A DNA stretch of 63,058 nt, the filler included, from Octopus bimaculoides (lineage: Eukaryota): NCBI RefSeq assembly GCF_001194135.2. It is 6 parts of 6 records of this genome, joined end to end, with 100 filler letters (N's around TTAATTAATTAA, not from the genome) between each part and the next. Parts side by side here need not be neighbours in the genome. Positions count along the whole stretch, not along the records: positions 47,890 to 57,621 come from NC_069009.1; positions 57,722 to 63,058 come from NW_026334161.1; 4 more parts are not named here. One strand, written 5' to 3'. Both the position numbers and the translations under genes were made by a program. The notes below the pieces were generated by a model. It had not been told where the DNA came from. It saw nothing but the letters and a program-made list of their open reading frames with translations, and did not search any database. Positions 51,865 through 62,352 of the stretch are shown piece by piece; position 1 is the stretch's first letter, and each line of letters starts with the position of its first letter.

Positions 51865-52136
51865 AATTATTGTCATGTGTAGGACAGATATGGCTATCGT
51901 CCAAGTATATTGTGAAGGTCCCCCTGCATCCTTCATTTGGCTGGGAAGGGAGGGCAATTTTTCTCTGTCTGGTGGCTATGGCAAAATAGGTTGTATGGTG
52001 GATGCAATTGAAAGGGTTGAAGACAGGTACCTTCCTCTTTGGCCAAGGCCTCATTGACTTTTTCAGGTTCCACCTGAAAAGGAAAGGGAGGCTGGAGAGA
52101 GAGGTACTGTGACCCAGTAAGTTCATCGAAAGGTGG

Positions 52137-52203
52137 TCCAGGAATTGAACTCACTACCTCATGATTGTGAGCCCAACACTCTAGCCACTGAGCCATGCAC
52201 CTT
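52137..52203 (-). mobile_element. SINE family C tRNA-derived head
   Basis: Reverse complement ggtgcaTGGCTCAGTGGctagagtgttggg-CTCACAA-tcatgaggtagtGAGTTCAATTCctggacc. Confidence 0.75.
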
Positions 52204-54794
52204 CAATTACTATCTATATTGTTATCTTTATTATTATTTTTATTATTATTAATTTTTATCTTTATTATTATCTTTATTATTATTATTTTTATTATTATTT
52301 TTATTATCTTTATTATTATCTTTATCATTGTTGTTGTTGTTGTTATTCATTTTCATTACAAAGCTCTAACAATGACCTTCTATTACTACAAGAGAGCTAC
52401 TTCATATGTTTGATTGCATTAATCATATTATACCAACGAACGGCACCGAAAGGAGGAGGGAGGGGCTGTAGTAGTAGTAGTAGTAGTAGTAGGAGGAGGA
52501 GGAGGAAGACGAGGCGGTGGGGAGGTGGTGGAGAAAGGGGGTGAAGAGCGTAAAAATAAATAACATGAAATATAATGACATAAATGGCCTGTAATTCCTG
52601 CATGCAGCGCCGAAATCCATAAAAAGTTTTCTGCGAATACCAGACCCTTCTTCCCCCCATGCACCTTACCGCACCCACCGCTGATTCCAGTCCTGCCGTT
52701 GCTGCTGCTGATGCTGCTGTTGCTGCTGTTGCTGCTGTTGCTGCTNNNNNNNNNNNNNNNNNNNNNNNNNNNNNNNNNNNNNNNNNNNNNNNNNNNNNNN
52801 NNNNNNNNNNNNNNNNNNNNNNNNNNNNNNNNNNNNNNNNNNNNNNNNNNNNNNNNNNNNNNNNNNNNNNNNNNNNNNNNNNNNNNNNNNNNNNNNNNNN
52901 NNNNNNNNNNNNNNNNNNNNNNNNNNNNNNNNNNNNNNNNNNNNNNNNNNNNNNNNNNNNNNNNNNNNNNNNNNNNNNNNNNNNNNNNNNNNNNNNNNNN
53001 NNNNNNNNNNNNNNNNNNNNNNNNNNNNNNNNNNNNNNNNNNNNNNNNNNNNNNNNNNNNNNNNNNNNNNNNNNNNNNNNNNNNNNNNNNNNNNNNNNNN
53101 NNNNNNNNNNNNNNNNNNNNNNNNNNNNNNNNNNNNNNNNNNNNNNNNNNNNNNNNNNNNNNNNNNNNNNNNNNNNNNNNNNNNNNNNNNNNNNNNNNNN
53201 NNNNNNNNNNNNNNNNNNNNNNNNNNNNNNNNNNNNNNNNNNNNNNNNNNNNNNNNNNNNNNNNNNNNNNNNNNNNNNNNNNNNNNNNNNNNNNNNNNNN
53301 NNNNNNNNNNNNNNNNNNNNNNNNNNNNNNNNNNNNNNNNNNNNNNNNNNNNNNNNNNNNNNNNNNNNNNNNNNNNNNNNNNNNNNNNNNNNNNNNNNNN
53401 NNNNNNNNNNNNNNNNNNNNNNNNNNNNNNNNNNNNNNNNNNNNNNNNNNNNNNNNNNNNNNNNNNNNNNNNNNNNNNNNNNNNNNNNNNNNNNNNNNNN
53501 NNNNNNNNNNNNNNNNNNNNNNNNNNNNNNNNNNNNNNNNNNNNNNNNNNNNNNNNNNNNNNNNNNNNNNNNNNNNNNNNNNNNNNNNNNNNNNNNNNNN
53601 NNNNNNNNNNNNNNNNNNNNNNNNNNNNNNNNNNNNNNNNNNNNNNNNNNNNNNNNNNNNNNNNNNNNNNNNNNNNNNNNNNNNNNCTCCGCTGTGTCCA
53701 GATTTCCGAACACAACAGAATACAATACAAGACATTGAAATGTAATGTAATGCATAAAAGATGTGCTGAGGGGTGGGCGAGGATAGAAGTTATGTGACAA
53801 CAAGGCCGAATTCTTTATTTTGGAATTCTTTGTGAGAAAGAATAACGAACGTTTAGTTATTGGTAGAACTATAAATAAAGCCTCGTAAAAATGGCTGTGC
53901 CGCTAACGAACTCTAACTGGTTCCCAAATCTAATTATGAGGCCGGTTTTAGTGGTGTGTTTTAATGTTTGTGTAAAGTACCGATCCCTTCATTCTTATTT
54001 TGGGGTTCGCTCTGCGTGTAGTCTATCTGTCTATCTGTTGGTTTGTATGTATCTCTGTTGAATTACGGGATGTAAACAAAGCAACACTGGTTTGTCATGT
54101 GATGGGACATAAAAGTGAATAAAATGAATACAGAAATGAATGTAAAGATAAGTGTGAACACACACACACACAGAAGCACATATTTACACACACACATGCA
54201 TACACATATATGCATACACATACATGTACACACACAAATATAATCATCACCTCTCGATCCACCTGTCCATATATACAAGGTTCCATAAATTACTTTTACA
54301 GTTTAAAACATTCAGAGAAAAATGAAGCTAGGGATGATAAGCACATTTAAAGATAAACAAAATTAAAACTTTAGTGTGGAAAAATAGTTTGCTTACCAAC
54401 CACATGGTTATGGGTTCAGTCCCCCTGCATGGCACGTTGGTTTCATTTCTTCCTGTATTCTGAATTTACAAATCTTTCGTATTTTTCTTTTCAACCAATC
54501 AACTTTCTGAAAGAAAAAGAATAATATTAATAATAATAATAAGAGTAATCCTTATTTTATTCTTCCTACTTTTCCGAATTTTGATGCCATTACATCCATT
54601 CATAGCTGTTTTTTTAATCCACGAGACACAAGAAAATAAAACAAAAAACATTTTCCATCATGGGTAACGTCTGCTCCTTTGCCATTTGCCATTTGTCAGA
54701 AGAGAAACTAGTAGTAAAACCACTATTCATTCTTCCTTATCTTCGGCCACACAAAGGTCATCTGACCATCACCTCAGAGGAGACACAACGAATT

Positions 54795-55002
54795 TACTCT
54801 TTTACTCTTTTACTTGTTTCAGTCATTTGACTGCAACCATGCTGGAGCACCGCCTTCAGTCGAGCAAATCGACCCCAGGACTCATTCTTTGGATGCCCAG
54901 TATTGATTCTATCGGTCTCTTTTGCCGAACTGCTAAGTTACGGGGACATAAATACACCAGCATCGGTTGTCAAGCGATGTTGGGGGAACAAACACAGACA
55001 CA

Positions 55003-55060
<58 letters not shown>

Positions 55061-55247
55061 CATATATATATACATACATATATATGACGGGCTTCTTTCA
55101 GTTTCCATCTACCAAATCCACTCACAAGGCTTTGGCTTGAGGCTATAGTAGAAGACACTTGCCCAAGGTTCTACACAGTGGGATTGAACCCAGAACCATG
55201 TGGTTCGTAAGCAAGCTACTTACCACACAGCTACTCCTGTGCCTATA
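54795..55247 (-). mobile_element. SINE family A, full length
   Basis: Homologous over the full length to 22661-23060. Confidence 0.92.
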
Positions 55248-55344
55248 TATGAAGGCCCCTTCTATCATAGATGATAGATGTGGGTTCCACAATTTCTAGC
55301 AGAAGGATTTGCACAAACGACTTGTTTACAATGATCAAATGTAT

Positions 55345-55537
55345 GTGCCGCACATTAGCACCATCTTGCTATCAAATCACTGTTGCCAGAACAGGGGTAC
55401 AAGTGTGCCACACGTCAGAGATGTCGAAGTGATTGCAGAGCAATGTGAGATGAAGTGTTTTGCTCAAGAACACAACACACTGCCCTGTCCAGGAACTGAA
55501 CCCACAATCTTGTGATCACGAGTTCAACACCTTAATC
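55345..55537 (-). mobile_element. SINE family C, diverged
   Basis: gcaatgtgagatgaagtgttttgctcaagaacacaac...ggaactgaaccc. Confidence 0.65.
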
Positions 55538-55589
55538 TCATCCTTAGTCAAGAAACAAATATCAATAAAATATTTAACAGAACTGAATA

Positions 55590-55757
55590 TATAGGTGTAG
55601 CATGGCTGTGTGGTAAGAAATTTGCTTCCCAACCACATGACTCCAGGTTCAGTCCCACTGCATGGCACCTTGGTCAAGTGTCTTCTACTGTACACTTGAA
55701 CTGATCAAAGCCTCATGAGTGAATTTGGTAGACGGAAACTGAAAGAAGCCCGTCATA
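55590..55757 (+). mobile_element. SINE family A, 5' half
   Basis: tggctgtgtggtaag...ggttcagtcccactgc...gaaagaagcccgtc. Confidence 0.85.
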
Positions 55758-55921
55758 TATATACGTATATATGTATACGTTCTGAGTTCAAATTTCTATC
55801 TGTGATTTTATTTTTGATCTACATAAATGAAGATATTTCATCCGTTTGGCTGTTTTTCTCTCTACAAAACAAGAAGTTACATTGTGGAACAGTCATTTTA
55901 ATGAATTCTATTTATTTATTT

Positions 55922-56035
55922 ATTTATCATCCGACGAGATACATCTGCACCGCCGGATGCTCCTGAACCAGTTGTCGAGTTTCCCACCCAATAGGAATCA
56001 ATGCTAGATGTGTCGAAACAACTGTCGTGATTAAT
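55922..56035 (+). ncRNA. Type I hammerhead motif with a long helix II (U4C in core)
   Basis: ATTTATCAT-CCGACGA-GATACATCTGCA...TGCTAGATGTGTC-GAAAC(aact)GTC-GTGATTAAT: helix I 8/9 paired, helix II 12 bp with one bulge, GUC triplet. Confidence 0.65.
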
Positions 56036-56114
56036 TATAAATTCTTGCATATTCCATCTTCTGACTTCCATTTGTTATATATGTTGCCATGATAAATCGC
56101 TGACCACGACATTA

Positions 56115-56272
56115 AATTTTTTTTCTTCCTTGTTTTTCTCCTTATTTCTTTCTGTTGAAGAGCATAGCTTGAAACGTTAAAGACTTTCTCTATTCCCGAG
56201 TGTTAAACTAATACATCCTTTTGTTGTTTACACCACCTGTCCTCGTCTATTGTTGTATTTTTCGTAAATTCT

Positions 56273-56280
<8 letters not shown>
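56115..56280 (+). mobile_element. Family E PLE pseudo-LTR fragment
   Basis: Homologous to the reverse complement of 35185-35335. Confidence 0.75.
56147..56183 (+). ncRNA. Minimal hammerhead motif, family E
   Basis: TCTTT-CTGTTGA-A-GAGC(ata)GCTT-GAAA-CGTT-AAAGA. Confidence 0.62.
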
Positions 56281-56313
<33 letters not shown>

Positions 56314-56370
56314 TTTGTAAAGAACATAAATCCAAAAGAAGCACACTCTAAGATGTAGAGCAGTGGATAA

Positions 56371-56596
56371 TAAAAATGGGGAAGGCTGGCTTATGGGATT
56401 ACTTTGGGTTTCCTGTCTATAAAGGGTTTAGCTTTATGGCGTATCAGATCCCAAAAACTTGTTAGCCCATGACCTCTTAAAAATACGAGGTCATGGATCA
56501 ATAGATTTTTGGGATCTGACAATATGCCATGAAGCTAAATGGTTTATGGACGGGAAGACCTAAGGTAATCTCATAAACCGGCCTTCCCTATTTTTA
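56371..56596. repeat. 226-bp foldback (arms about 106 and 110 bp, 10-nt loop); possible MITE
   Basis: Left arm 56371-56476 aligns to the reverse complement of 56487-56596 with 19 substitutions and two small indels by manual alignment. Confidence 0.9.
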
Positions 56597-56656
56597 GATA
56601 GATAGATAAATAGATAGATATATAGATAGATGGATTGATTGATTGATTGATAAATA

Positions 56657-57010
56657 TAGGTATGGCTATGTGGTATGAGGTTTGATTTCTAACTACATGG
56701 TTCCAAGTTCAGTCGTGCTGTGTGGCACCTTGGGATTTCTGTTATAGCTACAGGCCGACCAAAGCCTTGTCAGTGGATTTGATAGATGGAAACTGAAAAG
56801 AAGCCTGTCGTATATATGTGTGTCTTTGCATCTGTGTTTGTCCCCCACCACTGTTTGACAGCCAGTGTGTGTGTGTGTGTTTATGTCCCCATAACTTAGC
56901 AGTTCAGGTATAAGAGACCAATATAGTAAGTACAAGGCTTAAAAGACAAAAAAAAAAGGACTGGTGACTAAACCTTCAAGGCAGTGCCCCAGCATGGCCA
57001 CAGTCTAATA
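56657..57010 (+). mobile_element. SINE family A, diverged full-length copy
   Basis: Head, gccgaccaaagccttgt, ataacttagcagttc and gcagtgccccagcatggccacagtc modules. Confidence 0.85.
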
Positions 57011-57227
57011 AAAAATACTGGGATCAAAATTATCAAAGCGGTGTCCCAACATGGCCATCACCCAAGAGATATCCAAAAATATTAGGAAAACACTCAACAC
57101 CAACAGGCAGTGCCCCAGCATGGCCACAGTCTAATAAAAAAGTACTGGGATCAAAATTATCAAAGCGGTGTCCCAACATGGCCATCACCCAAGAGATATC
57201 CAAAAATATTAGGAAAACACTCGACAC
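56979..57227 (+). repeat. 126-bp tandem duplication
   Basis: aggcagtgccccagcatggccacagtc...attaggaaaacactc starts at 56979 and 57105. Confidence 0.92.
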
Positions 57228-57721
57228 AAACAATAACTTTTTTATAATTTGCTCACAAACTTTTCCACAAATACTGTCATGTGACCTGTCATATGATACA
57301 AGGGCGGATAACTCAGTGTCACATGACAGCACGAGTGTAAACCTGTTGAAGGAACAATAATGGCATCGAGTACAAGAATTGCATTCAATCAAAATAATAT
57401 ATGCATTGTTAGCTTGCACTGCTTTGCACTGAAACGGTGCATTTTTAGCCAGTTTATTTTGATGCACAACAGCAGCAGTGGCAGTAGCTGTTCTTGTCAT
57501 TGTTGTTGTTGTTGCTGGTGGTGGTGGAGTTGCAGAGTTGAACTGCACTGGGAATTCGCTTGGCAGTACCGAGTTGGTCTTACAGAACCAAAGACACTCA
57601 CAAACATGCTTACACACACACNNNNNNNNNNNNNNNNNNNNNNNNNNNNNNNNNNNNNNNNNNNNTTAATTAATTAANNNNNNNNNNNNNNNNNNNNNNN
57701 NNNNNNNNNNNNNNNNNNNNN

Positions 57722-57776
<55 letters not shown>

Positions 57777-57982
57777 CACACACATATATATGTATGTAAA
57801 AATAGGTATATAGGCGCACAGTTAGATAACTAGACAGATAGATGCACCTATAGATACATATAGATACACACACAGACACGCACGCACGTACGCATACACT
57901 CGTACAAACTCACGCACACACATGAGTACACATATACACACACATATCGTCTTGTGTGTGCATGCGTTTATATATATTGTGA

Positions 57983-58017
<35 letters not shown>

Positions 58018-58276
58018 CGCGCGTGTGTGTGCACGCGTGTGTATGTCATACGTGCGCCGTCGTCTTTATATTCGACTTATTGCGGAGATGGGCGGGTATT
58101 TTTCGTGTAAGCTTTATGGCGAGAGATTCGTGGATATTAATGGAAGCTGTACTAAAAAGTTTCGCGTGGTAAATTGCGGAAATTCGATGAAAATTGGCTG
58201 CGAAGTAGGCGTGGAATGGTAGAAGCTCTTGTAGACTGTTCTGAGAATTGCTGTATATATATATTTTATTGGATAG

Positions 58277-58377
58277 AACCAGTGCCATTTCACAGAAATC
58301 GAACTAAAATGGCGGAAATTGATGCGTAAAATGTTAGAAGATAAAGCGCCGGTTATTGAAAGCAATCGATTTTCAAC
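58277..58377 (+). CDS. Candidate 101-nt exon, host gene unidentified
   Basis: ttttattggatag|, open frame NQCHFTEIELKWRKLMRKMLEDKAPVIESNRFS, donor AAC|GTACGT; lies in CpG-rich unique DNA. Confidence 0.2.
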
Positions 58378-58497
58378 GTACGTATACACACACATTAACA
58401 AAGATCGAGAGGAGAAGAAAAGAGAGAGGGAGAGAGTGACAGAGAGAGAGAAAGAGAAAGACCGAGGGCCAAAGAGAGATAGGGACGGAGAAAGAAA

Positions 58498-58536
<39 letters not shown>

Positions 58537-58675
58537 GTGTGTGTGTATTTGTATGTATACATATATATATATGTATATGTGCATACACACATGCACACAC
58601 ACACACATCTATACATGTGTATACATATATATATGTATACATGTGTATATATATATATATATATATATGTATACA

Positions 58676-58708
<33 letters not shown>

Positions 58709-58856
58709 ATGTATGTATGTACGTACGTATGTGGCAATAAAAAATATATATGTATGTGTCCATATACATATATATGTGCTAATAAATGAATATATATATA
58801 TATATGCATAACTATATATATGAAACCGTATATCCATATATATCGATATATATATA

Positions 58857-58887
<31 letters not shown>

Positions 58888-59326
58888 AATGCGTATATGC
58901 ATATATATATGTATGTATGTATATATGTATGTGCAAATAGATACGCGTGTGTGTATGTGTGTGTAGTCTTCAATTCAGCATTTACTGTGGGCTAACTATG
59001 AATATATATGTTTCTTTATGTGTATGTGTGTTCAATCAATTATGTGTACACGTATATGGGTGTGCGTACACATATACACAAGCACACATGCACACACGAA
59101 CACGCATAATTGCTTACACACGTGTATATGTAAAGTGCGTGTCCGTATGTATGTTTGAGTGTGTGTATGTAGGCCAGTGTGTCTGTGTGTGAGTGCGAGC
59201 GTGTGTGTATGTTATTGATCTATATATGTTATTGAGATCGATAAATTGAAATAAATGTTGATAGACAGGCTGACAGGCAAACAGACAGATACACAGATTG
59301 GTAGATAGATACATTTCTTTTGGTTG

Positions 59327-59369
<43 letters not shown>

Positions 59370-59372
59370 GGT

Positions 59373-59405
<33 letters not shown>

Positions 59406-59440
59406 GGTAAGATAGATAGATAGATAGATAGATAGATGGT

Positions 59441-59481
<41 letters not shown>

Positions 59482-59647
59482 NNNNNNNNNNNNNNNNNNN
59501 NNNNNNNNNNNNNNNNNNNNNNNNNNNNNNNNNNNNNNNNNNNNNNNNNNNNNNNNNNNNNNNNNNNNNNNNNNNNNNNNNNNNNNNNNNNNNNNNNNNN
59601 NNNNNNNNNNNNNNNNNNNNNNNNNNNNNNNNNNNNNNNNNNNNNNN

Positions 59648-59681
<34 letters not shown>

Positions 59682-60159
59682 GCACACACATGAACGTACA
59701 TACATATTAATAAATATGCACACACACGTATGTGTGAACTTATATATATGAATACATGTACCCATTACATCTATATCTCTCTAAATATACTTAAACCCAT
59801 TCCAATATTGGATTATGTATATATTATTGAAGAACCTTAATATATGATTACAGTGTCATTGTTTCTACACTCTCTGCTCCACATCCAGCGTTCGAATCTC
59901 GCTACAGCCGCCAAGAGAACGTAGAAGTAAACTAATATATATAAACAGGTAAATAGATAGATAAATAAACAGATAAAAGAATAGATCAATAGCTAGACTT
60001 ACGCGGGTCGAATTATATTGGAAATTGATTTCGTATTTACAGATCTAAAGTGGTGCTTATATATATTACCAGTATCAACAAAAAAAACTTACTCCATCCA
60101 GTGAGAGATAAATAACATTTAATATACACAACATTTAAATTTGAGTTTCTAATAGTTTC

Positions 60160-60430
60160 ATGCTATGGAGACACAATAATTCAGCAGATCTTAATAACGT
60201 ACTTTGTGTCTACGAACAGGCCTTCATCCTCCTGTATGAAAACTTGGACGTTGGACTAAACAAGCGTTCTTTTTGTTTTCTTTGTTTTTTTTTATTATTT
60301 TTCTCCGTGTTTTTAGCTCCCCCTCCATTCGTTTTCTCTTCTCATTCCTTTCTGCTGAAGAGCATTGGCTCAAAACGTCAAAGACTCTTCTATTGTTTTT
60401 TAATTTCACTTTTTGCCTTTCGCTTTTTTT
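60160..60430 (+). mobile_element. 3' end of a Neptune-type PLE ORF followed by a family E pseudo-LTR
   Basis: LNNVLCVYEQAFILLYENLDVGLNKRS resembles the C-x-LC-x-x-EK...LNKRSE C-terminus of Neptune-like PLE endonucleases (recalled motif). The family E hammerhead follows at 60347. Confidence 0.55.
60347..60384 (+). ncRNA. Minimal hammerhead motif, family E (A6C; G12 mutated)
   Basis: CCTTT-CTGCTGA-A-GAGC(attg)GCTC-AAAA-CGTC-AAAGA. Confidence 0.55.
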
Positions 60431-60533
60431 GAGCAATTTTTAACCATATATCTATCTGTCTGTCTGTCTATCAATTTATTTATCTCTCTCTATCTATCTA
60501 TAAATCAATCTATTAATCTCTCTATTCATCTAT

Positions 60534-60590
<57 letters not shown>

Positions 60591-60662
60591 AATTTATCAA
60601 TCAATCTATTTATCTACCTATCTAAACCTTTTTTATTTTCTCTCCCTGTTTATTTCTGTTTT

Positions 60663-60700
60663 CCTTTCTTTCGAAGAGCGTAGGCTCGAAACGTAAAAGA
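60663..60700 (+). ncRNA. Minimal hammerhead motif, family E (core decayed)
   Basis: CCTTT-CTTTCGA-A-GAGC(gtag)GCTC-GAAA-CGTA-AAAGA. Confidence 0.5.
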
Positions 60701-61029
60701 CTTTTTCACTTCCCGTACATCTTAAGGAAAGTATTGTCTGTCTGAGGTCCTTGTCGTGCATGACAGATGACTAAAGACTCCGGTTCATTTTTATCTACAC
60801 TGTGTTACGAAGGAATAATAATAATAATAATAATAATAAGTGATGTTTTGGTACCCAGAACACCCAAAAACTATGTAAGTGCTACGGAAGGACTGCTGTT
60901 AAACTCCCGATTCAATAATAACATGAGTAAGGAGTCTACGGCGGGTCGTGTGTGAGCGTGTATATGTTAAATAAAATAAGATAACAAGGCTAAGGCAGTG
61001 TGATATTTCTAGCACATAGAAAAGTGGCC

Positions 61030-61072
61030 TTACAGCTGTTTCTGGGAAATAAATGATATCCCATCTTCAGAC
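61030..61072 (-). ncRNA. Hammerhead-like motif, helix I not evident
   Basis: Reverse complement CTGAAGA-TGGGA(11 nt)TCCCA-GAA-ACAGCTGT-A: intact core, 5-bp helix II, palindromic helix III, GUA triplet. The flanks do not pair. Confidence 0.4.
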
Positions 61073-61924
61073 TGCACCAAAGGAGTGGTAGTCGACACTA
61101 TCGAATGATTTTAATTGATCTGAAGTGATTGGGGTTTCGATAGTTTTATTAGCTTCACGGTTTCTAGAAGAGACGCATTGCTCGGATAGATAAGACTGTC
61201 CGTCTGTTTCTGAGTTCTATGGAAGCGGAATTGGACAATTGCTGATTGGACGCCGATGGTTTTTGACATGGCTGGCTGGACATTCAGTCTCGTCTGGCGA
61301 CAGTACAGTTTGGCGCTGGAAACAAACACACTCTCATACACAAAACACACTCGCACGCACACACAAACACACTCACGCTCTCACACACATACACGCTCAC
61401 ACACATATGTGCGCATAAATACACAGACACAGACACACACATACACGCACACACGCGTGGGCAGAGTTATACGTATACAAAGCGAGAGAACGATAGAGAA
61501 AGAGACAGAGTGAAACATTACACATACAAAATAAGAAAGAAAGAAAAGAAAGAAAGAAAGAAAGAAAGAAGGAAAGAAATGATTAATTAAATAAAACTGA
61601 TTAACTTAGATACTTTCTTTCTCATCAGATACTTACAGGGAAATATAACCACACACATAAACAGAAAGTGAAAGTAAAAGAGAGAGCAAGAGATTACATA
61701 TACACAACAAATGAAACTAGATGTTTACACACAGAGTGAGGGAGATGGGGAGAGAGACATATTACAATTTATTAACAGATCACGGCTAATATAAACACAT
61801 TTCTTCTCCTACATATTAAGAGATATGTGCCCAGACAGAAAAAAACAGCGAAGCAGTCAGACAGAAACATTATATAGTTGGAATTTACAAAAAAAAAACA
61901 AAAGACGGGTGTGTAAATAACAAA

Positions 61925-61962
<38 letters not shown>

Positions 61963-62202
61963 NNNNNNNNNNNNNNNNNNNNNNNNNNNNNNNNNNNNNN
62001 NNNNNNNNNNNNNNNNNNNNNNNNNNNNNNNNNNNNNNNNNNNNNNNNNNNNNNNNNNNNNNNNNNNNNNNNNNNNNNNNNNNNNNNNNNNNNNNNNNNN
62101 NNNNNNNNNNNNNNNNNNNNNNNNNNNNNNNNNNNNNNNNNNNNNNNNNNNNNNNNNNNNNNNNNNNNNNNNNNNNNNNNNNNNNNNNNNNNNNNNNNNN
62201 NC

Positions 62203-62301
62203 TGCATGGTACCTTGGGCAAGTGTACTCTACTATAGTCTCAGGCCGACCGAAGCCTTGTGAATGGATTTGGTAGACGGAAACTGAAAGAAGCCCGTCGC
62301 A

Positions 62302-62352
<51 letters not shown>

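Larger units (their letters stand above)
51090..52136 (+). mobile_element. L1/Tx1-type LINE ORF2 3' fragment (zf-RVT region), interrupted at 51507-51864
   Basis: Stitched + frames give LLVRDKLYRHG...QNDETILHALIQC..PDLWSFVKQLLS|CVGQIWLS...FLCLVAMAK*VVWW..LKG...LIDFFRFHLKRKGRLERE.L...FIERW, continuous across the insertion TSD. Confidence 0.8.
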
